Notes: generated from the letters alone by a model not told the origin. Numbered from the stretch's first letter, positions 1 through 11,294 are shown. The stretch: 64,000 bases of DNA from Candidatus Zambryskiibacteriota bacterium (GCA_026394775.1 JAPLZY010000008.1:53367-117366); one strand, 5' to 3'. Translations and numbers: made by a program.

Positions 1-2454
1 CCTAGGGTGTCTATCAACTGCATACCGACACATAACTACACTCTCTCACTCGTTCATCGAGAAGAGGATGTGGTTTCCTTTAGTTACGGAGTTGTGGATC
101 GGCAGTACTGTGTTAACGGTGTAGTTTCGTTTAATGGGTTTAATATAAATAATCTTCTGGTAACTCATGTGGATTCGTCTTGGTGGAACCATGTTCGTAC
201 ACCTCTTGAGTATGTTATAAAAGACACAACTACTCATTATTATAACGTATGTGACGAAGATCGTTGTGATCTTGTAAATCTAGATAGTTCTTCAAATAAT
301 TATGACAAAAGCGTATATTTAGCTTCATCAACAGTGTGGACTACAGTAGGAAAAGGCCCTGTGTTTACAACAGATGATAATGTGACTTGGAAAAATGTGA
401 AAGATGTCGCGCCTGCGCCTTATGGTCTTTCCAATGTTCTTTTTCTTCCAGGTTTTGAGGCAAGTCGGCTCTATAGAACAAGAAGTCTGACATGTCAGAT
501 TAATTGTGAAGATCAGTTGTGGGAATCAAACAAAAAATCCGACGTTGAAGATTTGTACCTAAACTCCGATGGAACAAGTAAGAAAACAGATATCTATACA
601 CGTGACGCAATTAGTGAGACAAATACGCCAGTACCCAGTGGCTTTGCCGGACAAAATATCTATAAAAGTTTCTTTAAAACACTCGATGACCTGACCGACC
701 CAGCGCTACCAAAGAGAATGGCCCGATGGGAAACATATGCTTATGACTGGCGACAAAGTGTTGATGATATTGTTGAGAATGGTACTCGATATAAAGGTGG
801 TAAAAAGTCTTTGGTTGCAACTTTAGAAAATCTCGTCGCTTCTTCGACAAGCGGGAAAGTAACTATCATTGCTCATAGTAACGGAGGACTTTTGGCAAAA
901 GCATTGATGGTAAAACTACAAGCAATGAAAAATGCAGGAACAAGTGACTTGATCGATAAAATTGATGTACTTGTGCTAGTGGCAAGTCCTCAGATAGGTA
1001 CAGCAGTAGCGGTACCTGCAGTGCTTCATGGGTATGACCAGAGAATAGGTGGAGGGCTACTTATGGACGAAGAACATGCTCGAGAGTTGGGGCGCAATAT
1101 GCCGGGGGCATATGGACTCCTACCTTCTAGGGAATATATAAATAGGATAGATATTGCCCCTGTAACTTTTATTGGTTCTGGTCTACCTGGTGCGGTAACC
1201 ACTCCTTTTATACAGGCATATGGGTCTACTACAGATTCATACTCTGAGTATAGAAGTTTTCTTTTGGGACAAGAGGGTAGAGTGAATCCTTTGTCATCTC
1301 TGACAAAGTTACCAATCAACCTTTCAGAAACATTGCTCGCTAAAAGTGAAACAATGCATACAAGTATTGACTACTGGGTGCCACCAACGACTATGCGTGT
1401 GGTGCAAGTTGCAGGATGGGGACTCGATACGGTAGCAAGTCTCAGTTATGTTCCAAAATATTCACAAGTGTGCAATGGGGTCGGCTTATTTAATTGTTAT
1501 GTTCTTGATGAAAAACCTATCTTTACAATAGATGGTGACAAGACAGTGGTAGAGCCGAGTGCACATTATATGGGAGGGGAGAAGTATTGGGTGAATTTTG
1601 AACGTTATAATGGTCAAATTTTAGGAGGATTTAGGTATAACAGAGAGCATAAAGATATTTTAGAAATCAATTCACTGAATAATCTAATTAAATCAGTTAT
1701 GCAAAAGACAGAGATTGTTTTCGATGCTGTTTTAAAAAATACAAAACCAGTTGATTCTAAAAACCGACTCCGTGTCAGTATTCACTCACCAGTATCGATT
1801 GGAGCCTATGATTCATTCGGTAATTTTACGGGTAAAATCTGTTCAGATACAGAAGATTTCTGCTATATTCAAGAAGATATTCCAAACAGCTCGTATCTTG
1901 AATTTGGAGAAGGGAAGTATGTAAATATGCCTGAAGAAGATATACAAAAAATAGTACTTCAGGGCACCGGTAGTGGAACCTTCACATTTATTTCTGAAAA
2001 AGTCGCACCTACAGGGGAAACCAGCATCTCCACATTTACAGATATTCCGGTGACCACTCAAACCCAAGGAGAAGTAGTGCTAAACACTGTAACTCAGGCC
2101 CCAGAACTCAAACTCGACGTCACAGGAGATGGTACTACTGACTTTACTCTCGCCCCTACAGTAGAGTTTGATCCAATTACTTTTCTTCAAATCATGAAGA
2201 CAACCATAAACTCTTTTGATATCAAACCGGCTCGAAAGACTACACTTTCAAAACGAATTGATGGTATTATTAAATCAATACAAAAAGGGAAGATATCCAA
2301 AGCACAGCTGAAAGCAGAGCGTTTCCAGAGTGTACTTAAGGTAAAGGTGGCAAAACCTCTTCCTAAGAAACCAAAACCACAGAGATTCACCAATGCAGAT
2401 GCAGAAGTATTGATTGGAATGCTTGAAACTTTATTAAATAATTTAGAGAAATAG
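1..2454 (+). CDS. Large alpha/beta-hydrolase (LCAT/lipase-like), probably 5'-truncated by the window edge
   Basis: LFLPGFEAS oxyanion-type motif, YDWR, nucleophile elbow AHSNGG, GDKTV and late His; frame is open from position 1. Confidence 0.75.
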   Translation, partial: PRVSINCIPTHNYTLSLVHREEDVVSFSYGVVDRQYCVNGVVSFNGFNINNLLVTHVDSSWWNHVRTPLEYVIKDTTTHYYNVCDEDRCDLVNLDSSSNNYDKSVYLASSTVWTTVGKGPVFTTDDNVTWKNVKDVAPAPYGLSNVLFLPGFEASRLYRTRSLTCQINCEDQLWESNKKSDVEDLYLNSDGTSKKTDIYTRDAISETNTPVPSGFAGQNIYKSFFKTLDDLTDPALPKRMARWETYAYDWRQSVDDIVENGTRYKGGKKSLVATLENLVASSTSGKVTIIAHSNGGLLAKALMVKLQAMKNAGTSDLIDKIDVLVLVASPQIGTAVAVPAVLHGYDQRIGGGLLMDEEHARELGRNMPGAYGLLPSREYINRIDIAPVTFIGSGLPGAVTTPFIQAYGSTTDSYSEYRSFLLGQEGRVNPLSSLTKLPINLSETLLAKSETMHTSIDYWVPPTTMRVVQVAGWGLDTVASLSYVPKYSQVCNGVGLFNCYVLDEKPIFTIDGDKTVVEPSAHYMGGEKYWVNFERYNGQILGGFRYNREHKDILEINSLNNLIKSVMQKTEIVFDAVLKNTKPVDSKNRLRVSIHSPVSIGAYDSFGNFTGKICSDTEDFCYIQEDIPNSSYLEFGEGKYVNMPEEDIQKIVLQGTGSGTFTFISEKVAPTGETSISTFTDIPVTTQTQGEVVLNTVTQAPELKLDVTGDGTTDFTLAPTVEFDPITFLQIMKTTINSFDIKPARKTTLSKRIDGIIKSIQKGKISKAQLKAERFQSVLKVKVAKPLPKKPKPQRFTNADAEVLIGMLETLLNNLEK

Positions 2455-2455
2455 A

Positions 2456-2830
2456 ATGAAAAAGAAAACAAGTTTACTCGTACTAGTCTTATTGGTAGTT
2501 AATTTCTTATTGTTTCTTCCTTGTGACAAAGATTTGTATTGTGAGGGGTATTTGGCCAATGGTGCCCAGTACCCATTCCTATGGTTTCTAATTTTACTAC
2601 CGCTCAGTTTATTCGCTTTAACCCTTAATGATCAAAAATATAAGTTCTGGCTTAAGTTTACAGGAGTGTTTTTTTTGGTGGGAATGTTTTTTGTTCTAAT
2701 TTCACCAGAAACAGCTCGGGGTATTATGTTGAATCCTGATAAGGAATCAACAAACTGGTTCTTTGCTGGGTTTTACTCTTTTGTTTCCATAATCTACTTT
2801 ATTACTCAATTTGTGAAAAATAGAAGATAA
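2456..2830 (+). CDS. Small multi-pass membrane protein
   Basis: 124 aa, about 4 hydrophobic segments, starts 1 nt after upstream stop. Confidence 0.65.
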   Translation: MKKKTSLLVLVLLVVNFLLFLPCDKDLYCEGYLANGAQYPFLWFLILLPLSLFALTLNDQKYKFWLKFTGVFFLVGMFFVLISPETARGIMLNPDKESTNWFFAGFYSFVSIIYFITQFVKNRR

Positions 2831-2845
2831 GCATATTATTACTCC

Positions 2846-3004
2846 ATGAAAGAATACGTAGATGAAAAATTTTGGCGGATGTTTTCTGGGTTTGTTACCT
2901 TACTTGTAGTGAGTGTTATTTTTCTTATTGCCATAAAGATACATAAGAATAGTAAATCGGTGCCCGTAGAAACCACCGCTTCTGTTATAAACTATAACCA
3001 ATAG
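2846..3004 (+). CDS. 52-aa single-TM protein (below ORF-track cutoff)
   Basis: Manual translation MKEYVDEKFWRMFSGFVTLLVVSVIFLIAIKIHKNSKSVPVETTASVINYNQ; fills the gap between neighbours. Confidence 0.5.
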   Translation: MKEYVDEKFWRMFSGFVTLLVVSVIFLIAIKIHKNSKSVPVETTASVINYNQ

Positions 3005-3037
3005 CTTGCACCCAAACCTCGTACGAGGTTTTGTTGT

Positions 3038-3751
3038 ATGAAAATATTATATATAGCATGTATTGCTCTCCTGTGTTGTGTCGGATTTTGCGCAAGTGTT
3101 TTTGCTGAGGTCAGTCAGTTTACTTTTGTCACAAAAGAACAGGTAGTAGCTCCGCAGAGTATTTCAGGACCACTGACAATACAGTCGCAAAGCAGTGGAG
3201 GGGTAGGTGAGTCTGTGGTTGAAACAATGGACATGTTTTTCCAGAGTTCATCGGCTACGGGGAAGTTTTTAGGGAGCTCTGGTAAGACAGCTTCTAAAAC
3301 TATGTCAAAAAATACGAGCAACCGTACTTTTTATTACACTGACCCGACTCTTGGTAAGCACACAATAACAGTGAAGGTTATGGGTCGGACATCTAAAAAA
3401 TCTTACACTACTACACAAAGTATATTTATCGGCATACCTTCGGCGACTGTGCAGACAACAGTCTTACCTAGCGTTTCAAAAAAAGAAGTACTTAAAGAAA
3501 GTAAGAAGGTTTTAGTAAAGGTACCCCAAAAGCCTGTTTCTAAAAGTTATCCTGTAGATATAAAAAATACTATCTCGAAAACCGAAGTTTCGGATGCGGT
3601 GCCGATAAGTAGTTCAACTGTACCAGAAATCCATGCCACAACTTCAAGTATTGTTGCAAATGTGCAGTACAGTACACAAAACCCCTCAGCCCTCGAATCC
3701 ATGCTTTGGCTGCCTCGTAAAATATGGAGCACTCTCTTGAGGATATTTTGA
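3038..3751 (+). CDS. Secreted hypothetical protein, Ser/Thr/Lys-rich
   Basis: Signal-peptide-like N-terminus ending VFA-E; 237 aa. Confidence 0.6.
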   Translation: MKILYIACIALLCCVGFCASVFAEVSQFTFVTKEQVVAPQSISGPLTIQSQSSGGVGESVVETMDMFFQSSSATGKFLGSSGKTASKTMSKNTSNRTFYYTDPTLGKHTITVKVMGRTSKKSYTTTQSIFIGIPSATVQTTVLPSVSKKEVLKESKKVLVKVPQKPVSKSYPVDIKNTISKTEVSDAVPISSSTVPEIHATTSSIVANVQYSTQNPSALESMLWLPRKIWSTLLRIF

Positions 3752-3775
3752 CATTTTGTTGTATTTTGGTATAGT
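3748..3775 (+). promoter_or_regulatory. sigma70 promoter of rplJL
   Basis: TTGACA-16 nt-TATAGT with extended TG. Confidence 0.7.
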
Positions 3776-3785
3776 GGTCTTCATA

Positions 3786-3935
3786 AGGTCAGAGACAGTA
3801 TGGTGGCGAAAGCCTTAATCAAACCCTAAACCTTTGCTTTACTAAGCAAAGGTCGGGCGAACAATTTTACTAAATTGTTCTAGCCTGCCGAGACAAACGT
3901 GCTTTATGCACTTTTCTCCTAAACCTTGGGTCGTA
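3786..3935 (+). promoter_or_regulatory. L10 leader (rplJL autoregulatory RNA)
   Basis: AGACAGTA...TTAAT...CCTGCCGAG motifs typical of the L10 leader, directly upstream of rplJ. Confidence 0.7.
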
Positions 3936-3961
3936 TTACTAGATCGTTTAAAAAATAAAAT

Positions 3962-4450
3962 ATGGCTATTTCAAAAGAAAAAAAGTCAGGGATTCTTGAT
4001 AATCTTAAAAAGATTGTAAAAGAATCAAAATCTCTCGTGTTTTTAAATTTCAAAGGTTTGCCGGTTTCGGACACCAGTGAGATCAGAAAGACGCTTCGAG
4101 AAAAAGGTGTGGGCTACATGGTGGCAAAGAAAACTCTTTCAAAGAGAGCTTTGACAGAAGGTGGTGTCACAGGAGAGATGCCTGTTATGCCAGGCGAGTT
4201 TGCAATGGTATACGGGACAGATCTTTTAGATCCTGCTCGTGAAATCTTCACTTTCCAAAAAAAGTTTGATAAGAAGATTCAGATAGTGGGAGGAGTGTTC
4301 GAAGGGAAGTTTATGGACCAGTCTCAAATGACTATGGTTGCAAATATTCCTGGTATGAAAACTCTTCAGGCTCAGTTTGTTAATCTTATTAACTCTCCGA
4401 TCCAGCGCTTCGTAGTGGCACTCGGACAAATAGCAGAAAAGAAAAGTTAA
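3962..4450 (+). CDS. rplJ: 50S ribosomal protein L10
   Basis: FKGL..S.IRK.LR, VAKKTL, GG.FEG motifs; upstream of rplL. Confidence 0.95.
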   Translation: MAISKEKKSGILDNLKKIVKESKSLVFLNFKGLPVSDTSEIRKTLREKGVGYMVAKKTLSKRALTEGGVTGEMPVMPGEFAMVYGTDLLDPAREIFTFQKKFDKKIQIVGGVFEGKFMDQSQMTMVANIPGMKTLQAQFVNLINSPIQRFVVALGQIAEKKS

Positions 4451-4570
4451 ACATGTGAATATGCGAATGTACGAATAATGGGAATGGTTACAAATAAAAA
4501 ACCACAAGCATTCATTCGGAAACATTCGTATATTCGGAAATTATTCGTATATTTGTATAAACTAAAAATT

Positions 4571-4969
4571 ATGGAAACAGAAAATACAGTAGTTGCTACT
4601 CCTGCGAAGTTTAAATCTATCGTAGAAGCAATCGAAACAATGTCAGTGCTTGATCTTCATGAGTTGGTAAAACACCTTGAAGAAAAGTTTGGTGTATCAG
4701 CAGCAGCAGTTGCAGCAGCTCCAGCAGCGGGCGCAGGTGCGGGTGCAGCAGAAGAGAAATCTTCATTTGATGTAGAACTTACCGACGGTGGTGCTACAAA
4801 GATTGCAGTTATCAAGGTTGTAAAAGAAGCTCTTGCTCTTGGATTGAAAGAAGCAAAAGACCTTGTAGATGCAGCGCCAGCTATGCTTAAGACAGGTATG
4901 AAGAAAGAAGATGCAGATGCTCTTAAAGCAGCTGTAGAAGGTGCAGGAGGAAAAGTTACTTTCAAGTAA
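4571..4969 (+). CDS. rplL: 50S ribosomal protein L7/L12
   Basis: [20 protein letters not shown], Ala hinge, [18 protein letters not shown]; start re-assigned to ATG 4571. Confidence 0.97.
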   Translation: METENTVVATPAKFKSIVEAIETMSVLDLHELVKHLEEKFGVSAAAVAAAPAAGAGAGAAEEKSSFDVELTDGGATKIAVIKVVKEALALGLKEAKDLVDAAPAMLKTGMKKEDADALKAAVEGAGGKVTFK

Positions 4970-4993
4970 TTCACCAAATAAACTCAAAAACAG

Positions 4994-5028
4994 AAAAACA
5001 GGATGCTCTAAGAGCATCCTGTTTTTTT
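4994..5028 (+). terminator. Intrinsic terminator after rplL
   Basis: AAAAACAGGATGCTCT-A-AGAGCATCCTGTTTTTTT. Confidence 0.85.
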
Positions 5029-5075
5029 ATATTTGTCAATTATCAGAACCACCTCAACCTGCTATAATCACCCAT

Positions 5076-5687
5076 ATGGAAATATTGTCAAAACTCTTCG
5101 GCTCAGAAGCTCGTGTGAAAATCATGCGCCTTTTTTTGTTCAATCCTGACATCGTCTATGAAGTAAACAATATTGCAGAGCGAGTAAAAGAAGATCCTGT
5201 TCGTGTCCGCAAGGAACTCAATGCTCTTGAAAAAATATCCCTGATCAAACGAAAGGTTGTTGCAAAGATTCCGGTCAAACATGGCAAAAAAACAGAGATG
5301 CGTGTCACTGCATATGGCTATCATCTGAATCGGAATTTTTCATACATGGCACCACTTCAAAATTTTCTCATAAATGCAAAACCACTTCAGCCAAAAGAAA
5401 TAGTAAAAAAAATAACACAACTTGGTACAGTAAAACTTCTTGTTATTTCCGGTGTGTTTATCCAGGACTCTGAGAGTCGAGTCGATTTGCTTGTAGTGGG
5501 GGATAATATTAAAAAAACTCAGTTGGAAAATGTCGTAAAGACACTTGAAGCTGAGATCGGTAAAGAGCTCAAGTACGCCTACTTTACAACAACAGATTTT
5601 ATCTACCGTCTCTCTATGTACGACAAGCTAATTCGCGATATATTGGATTATCCACATGACAAGATTATCAACAAGCTTGGTCTCTAA
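5076..5687 (+). CDS. Winged-HTH plus nucleotidyltransferase-like domain protein (putative regulator)
   Basis: LFGSEARVKIMRLF HTH-type N-terminus; SGVF...SRVDLLVVGD NTase-like motif; ATG 5076 lies 7 nt after TATAAT. Confidence 0.7.
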   Translation: MEILSKLFGSEARVKIMRLFLFNPDIVYEVNNIAERVKEDPVRVRKELNALEKISLIKRKVVAKIPVKHGKKTEMRVTAYGYHLNRNFSYMAPLQNFLINAKPLQPKEIVKKITQLGTVKLLVISGVFIQDSESRVDLLVVGDNIKKTQLENVVKTLEAEIGKELKYAYFTTTDFIYRLSMYDKLIRDILDYPHDKIINKLGL

Positions 5688-5736
5688 ATTTCGTGATAAT
5701 ATGAGTGTATTAGAAAATATTAACTAACACTATATT

Positions 5737-6426
5737 ATGATGTTTCAATCGTGGGGAGGTGTGCTTGAGACTTCCTTTCAAAGTTTGTGGTCAGGTATTC
5801 TTTTATTCATTCCAAATCTCATTGTCGCATTAGTGATCTTGGGTCTTGGTTGGGCGATCGGTGCATTGGTAGGAAAAGCTGTCACCAAATTTCTCGATGC
5901 TGTGCATTTTGATGAGGCGTTGCGAAAAACTGGTTTTGAAAATGTTGTGAAGAAAGCTGGGCTTGAGCTTCGAGCATCTCATTTTGTGGGGTGGCTTATC
6001 AAGACAGTTATTATAATTATTTTCCTTATCGCAAGCTTCGATGTGCTTGGTCTTGTGCAGGTAACACAGTTCTTGAGTCAGGTGGTGCTTGGGTATCTTC
6101 CACAGCTCATTGTTGCAGTCCTTATCCTTTTGATCGGAGTAGTAGTAGGAGATGCGATTGAGCGGATCGTGGTAGCATCTTCTCGAACCGCTGGTCTTAC
6201 TTCTTCAGCAATACTTGGAAAGGTTTCAAAGTGGGCAATTTGGATTTTTGCAATTCTCGTTGCGCTTTCTCAGATGGGTATTGCGGGTGCATTTATTCAG
6301 ACACTCTTTACTGGTTTTGTGGTAGCGGTTTCTTTGGCACTCGGACTCGCATTTGGTCTTGGAGGACAGGAGGCAGCGGCGGATGCTATTAAGAAGGTAC
6401 GAGAGGAGATTAAAGAACGACGATAG
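5737..6426 (+). CDS. Conserved TM-helix repeat protein (mechanosensitive-channel related)
   Basis: Two PNLIVALVIL/PQLIVAVLIL repeats and C-terminal ALGLAFGLGG. Confidence 0.8.
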   Translation: MMFQSWGGVLETSFQSLWSGILLFIPNLIVALVILGLGWAIGALVGKAVTKFLDAVHFDEALRKTGFENVVKKAGLELRASHFVGWLIKTVIIIIFLIASFDVLGLVQVTQFLSQVVLGYLPQLIVAVLILLIGVVVGDAIERIVVASSRTAGLTSSAILGKVSKWAIWIFAILVALSQMGIAGAFIQTLFTGFVVAVSLALGLAFGLGGQEAAADAIKKVREEIKERR

Positions 6427-6547
6427 CTCGCCTCTCCGGCGAGTCTGCCGATGAGGCAGAAAGCATAAAAAACCACCCTAAAAAGGGTGGTTTTTTGGTA
6501 CCCAAAAAAGCCCCTGAAAACCCTTTAAAAATAAGGGGAAAAGTCTG

Positions 6548-6577
6548 TTGACAGGGGAGGTGGTCTCGTATATACTA
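6548..6577 (+). promoter_or_regulatory. Promoter of the 23S-5S unit
   Basis: TTGACA-17 nt-TATACT about 270 nt upstream of 23S. Confidence 0.75.
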
Positions 6578-7121
6578 GCTTCATTCGGTATGAAAAAAAC
6601 ATTAGATTTAAAAAGCGGCGTTTGAGATAACAAGCTTAATTGATTGTTACCTGGACTCCGCTTTGTGCGGATTTTTTGTTTCTCGGCCTGGCTCGATATT
6701 TGACAACTTAATTCCGCCACTTACTACTGACCAATGATGGGTCTTTTCGGGTGGGTAGGCGGAGCAATACAATGTTACTAACATCGAATAGATATTAGAT
6801 AACAGAGTATGAATGTAAGAAATATAATTGTGGTTTTTAAATTTCCTAATGGGAAATTTAAGAGCATATGGTGGATGCCTAGACTCTAAAGGGCGATGAA
6901 AGACGCGGCATGGTGGCGATACGTTTCGGGGAGGTACCTAGCAACCTTTGATCCGGAAATCTCTGAATGGGGGAACCCAACAGCTTTTGCTGTTACTCTA
7001 CAAATTATGTAGAGCGCACACCCAGGGAAGTAAAACATTTCAGTACCTGGAGGAAAAGAAAACAATGTTCGTAAGAACGACATTTCGTTAGTAGCGGCGA
7101 GCGAACACGAATGAGCCCAAA

Positions 7122-7256
7122 CCGGCACATCACATTGAGCACGGGGAAAATTTTAAATTTAAAATTCTAAATTTCAAAACAAAATGCATGTGCATCCGTT
7201 TTAAAATTTGAAATTAGAAATTTGAAATTCATCCCGCTCTTAGCGTGATGTGCCGG
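7122..7256 (+). other. Long hairpin insertion (IVS-like) in 23S domain I
   Basis: CCGGCACATCAC/GTGATGTGCCGG base enclosing inverted AAATTT(T/C/G) heptamer runs. Confidence 0.75.
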
Positions 7257-7466
7257 GGTTGTAAGGTAACAACGTCAAATTTATTTGAGAGAAGTTAAAA
7301 AATAGTATGTTAATGGAATGCACTGGAAAGTGCGACCCTAGAGGGTAATAGTCCCGTACATGAAAATATACTATCTTCTTTGTTGTTATTCTTGAGTACC
7401 TCGAGACATGAATAGCTCGGGGGAATCTGCCGGTACTAACCGGTAAGGCTAAATACTTTTAGAGAT

Positions 7467-7505
<39 letters not shown>

Positions 7506-8922
7506 GTCCGAGAGGACGGTGAAATAGACCTGAAACCATATGCTTACAAGGAGTCGGAGCGGGCAGCAATGTCCCGTCACGGCGTGCCTATTGAAGAATG
7601 AGCCAACGAGTTGATGGATGCAGCAAGGCTAAGTCCTTTACCGGACGGAGTCGTAGGGAAACCGAGTGTGAATAGCGCGTTAAGTTGTATGCATCAGACC
7701 CGAAGCCAGAGCGAGCTTACCATGAGCAGGGTGAACTTTGTCGAAAGATGAAGGGAGGCCCGAACAGTTTAGCCGTGCAATACTATCTGATGACTTGTGG
7801 TAAGAAGTGAAAAGCTAATCGAGCCTGGTAATAGCTGGTTCTCTCCGAAATAGCTTTTGGGCTAGCGTTAGGTGATCCCTTCCGGGGTAGAGCACTGGAA
7901 GGACTCAACAGGGAGCAATCTCGTGAGTCCTATCAAACTCCGAATACGGAAGATTACAGCCTAGCAGTTAGACGGTGGGGGCTAAGCTCCATACGTCAAA
8001 AGGGAAACAGCCCTGATCTCTATTTAAGGTCCCTAAATCTATGTTAAGTACACTTAAGGTGGTGGATTTTCTTTGACACTGAGGAGGTTGGCTTAGAAGC
8101 AGCCATCCTTTAAAGATAGCGTAACAGCTCACTCAGTAAGAGAATCTGCGCCGCAAATAATCGGGGTTAAACATAGTACCGAAACTGAGGGTTTGTATTT
8201 GTTTTTACAAGTACAAGCGGTAGGAGAGTATTCGTATCTGCGCTGAAGCCAAAGGGGTGACCCATGGTGGAGCGATGCGAAGTAAGAATGTTGGCACAAG
8301 TAACCACAATGCAGGTGAAATCCCTGCACGCCGAAAGACTAAGGTTTCCTGTTCAATGTTAATCAGAGCAGGGTTAGTCGGGCCTAAGGAAATGGAGAGA
8401 TCCGCATCCGATGGACATGAGGTTAATATTCCTCAACTTTTATGTAATGCGATGGAAGGACGGAGTGCTGTATGTAGGGCTCATTATTGGATTTGAGTCA
8501 CTGTCGTGAGAATGTGTCCCAGGTAAATCCGGGCACTCACTTTAATGTGGTATTCGAGCGGTTGCGAAACCTTGCGATTCGTCAAGAGGGATTCTACAAA
8601 GCGCGCTTCCAAGAAAAGTTTCTAAGCTTAAGTACATAAGAACCGTACCGTAAACCGACACAGGTAGTCAGGTCGAGTAGACCAAGGCGAACGAGTGAGA
8701 GATCCCCAAGGAACTCGGCAAAAAAGCAGCCGTAACTTCGGAATAAGGCTTGCCCACTTTAATGTGGGCCGCAGCTAAAGTATTTCTGGCAACTGTTTAT
8801 CAAAAACACAGCTCCCTGCGAACTCGTAAGAGGATGTATAGGGGGTGACACCTGACCAATGCCAGAAGGTCAAATATGGGAGCTAAATGTCGCAAGACGC
8901 TAGGTTGACTGTATAAGCCCTG

Positions 8923-9416
<494 letters not shown>

Positions 9417-9955
9417 GCGCACGAATGGTGTAATGACTGGAAAACTGTCTCGGGGATTTGCTCGGTGAAAATACAATACCGGTGAAGATGCCGGTTACCT
9501 GCAGTTAGACGAAAAGACCCCAGGAGCTTTACTGCATCTTGATATTGAGAATATGACTTGCATGCGTAGCATAGTGGTGAGGATTTGAAGGGCACTCCCG
9601 GGTAGCCTGGATCCGTCAGTGAAATAGCCATCTTGTTTGTTATATTTTCTAACCTCGGCGGAAAAAACGACGAGAGACAGTGTCTGGTGGGCAGTTTTAG
9701 TGGGGCGCTATCCTCCTAAAAAGTAACGGAGGAGTTTATTAAGGTCAGCTAGCCGTGAATGGAAACCATGGCGATAGTGTAATGGCACAAGCTGGCTTAA
9801 CTGTGAGACGTACATGTCAAACAGATGCGAAAGCAGAACATAGTGAACCGACGGTCCGTGTTAGAGGCGGCCGGAGATTATCGGATAAAAGCTACCCTGG
9901 GGATAACAGGCTGGTTGTGCCTAAGCGTCCAAAGCGACGGCACAGTTCGGCACCT

Positions 9956-10801
9956 TAACTCTCAATGTAAAAATTGGGAAACATCGGGGTGCCTATGGGA
10001 GTAATTCCATACAAAAAATATTTGGCTTATAACGGTGGACTCCATATACAAGCGTTGTATCAGAAATGGTATAATTAAAACAATATGGACAATACCGCGG
10101 GAAGTTTAACTCAATTACAGAAGTCATTTGTTATTGGAACTCTTTTGGGAGACGGATATATTCGTCAAGCAAAAGGGAGAAAAAACGCATTTCTTGAAGT
10201 AAATCATTCAATTACTCAAAAAGAGTATGTTGAATGGAAATATAGTATCTTGAAAAATTTGACACGAAGCGGTCCAAAATCTAGAAATGGAAATGGAACA
10301 CGCATCGCGTATAGATTTTTTACTAGACAGCATCCAGAATTTACTAAAATTATGGATTTGTTCTATAAAGATAGAAAGAAATGTATTCCTAATCTAAAAT
10401 TAGATCCTTTAATGGTGGCAGTATGGTTCATGGACGATGGAAGTAGATGTAATAAAGAAAATGTATACCTTAATACTCAACAATTTGCTAAAGAAGATCA
10501 GTATAAACTACTTGAATCTTTGAAAGAGATTGGTTTAGAGGGAACTCTGAACAAAGATAAAGAGTATTATCGCATTAGAATTAAAACATCAAGTATTCCT
10601 AAGTTGTTTGGAATAATAAAAGAATTTATTATTCCTTCCATGAGATATAAAATTGGGTTATGACCCTGTAGAGACTTGACCTGAAAGATGGTCAGAGTGT
10701 GAAGGAAAACTTCATGCTAACACGCCGAACTCCCTTTCATTTAGAGAAAGGGATGAAGATATAGTCCGATCCTTCTGGTAACAGAAGAAAAATACGACAC
10801 G
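9956..10801 (+). mobile_element. Group I intron at 23S ~U2500 with intact homing endonuclease
   Basis: Splits GGCACCT|CGATGTCGG; IGS ACATCGGGGTGCC pairs with both exons; GAAGATATAGTCC; terminal G. Confidence 0.93.
10085..10663 (+). CDS. LAGLIDADG homing endonuclease (two-motif, LAGLIDADG_2-like)
   Basis: IGTLLGDG and AVWFMDDG motifs, inside the intron. Confidence 0.93.
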   Translation: MDNTAGSLTQLQKSFVIGTLLGDGYIRQAKGRKNAFLEVNHSITQKEYVEWKYSILKNLTRSGPKSRNGNGTRIAYRFFTRQHPEFTKIMDLFYKDRKKCIPNLKLDPLMVAVWFMDDGSRCNKENVYLNTQQFAKEDQYKLLESLKEIGLEGTLNKDKEYYRIRIKTSSIPKLFGIIKEFIIPSMRYKIGL

Positions 10802-10894
10802 CGATGTCGGCTCATCTTATCCTGGGGGTGGAGAAGCTCCCAAGGGTTTGGCTGTTCGCCAATTAAAAAGATACGCGAGCTGGGTTCAGACCGT

Positions 10895-11231
10895 GGAGAC
10901 GAGAAACTTCGGTTTCAAGTCTCCACAATCTGAATCCTTAGAGGTTTTTTCGTTTGAAAAGGAAAAAGAAATGTAAGAAATTTCTTAAATATAAAAAGAG
11001 CTCGCCTCATCGGCGAGTCCGTCGAAGAGACGGAATAGGAACAATCACATCACGGCGGCATTTTATGGAAACATAAAATAGAGAAGCTGGGTATTTCGGT
11101 AGAATCCATTTCTAAGTGGACAATGCCGAGGGTGACTAATAATTTAGTTACTTGTAGAGACTACATACCAGCCATCCATGCAAATGGATGAGCGCATAGT
11201 CCGAACCTTCGAGTAATCGGAGTAACATAAG
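10895..11231 (+). mobile_element. ORF-less group I intron at 23S ~U2593
   Basis: Splits CAGACCGT|CGTGAGACAG; IGS TCACGGCGG; GTAGAGACTA and GCATAGTCC form P7; terminal G. Confidence 0.9.
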
Positions 11232-11294
11232 CGTGAGACAGGTTGGTCTCCTATCTACTGCAGGCGTTGATTCTTGAGAAGATTTGCCCCTAGT

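Noticed and set aside
1-9. CCTAGGGTG at the window start as half of a REP palindrome
   Set aside because: Too short and cut by the window edge to evaluate.
4478-5075. Long N-terminal extensions of rplL (4478) and the regulator (4941)
   Set aside because: They run through a repeat tract or terminator; starts at 4571 and 5076 fit family lengths and promoter positions.
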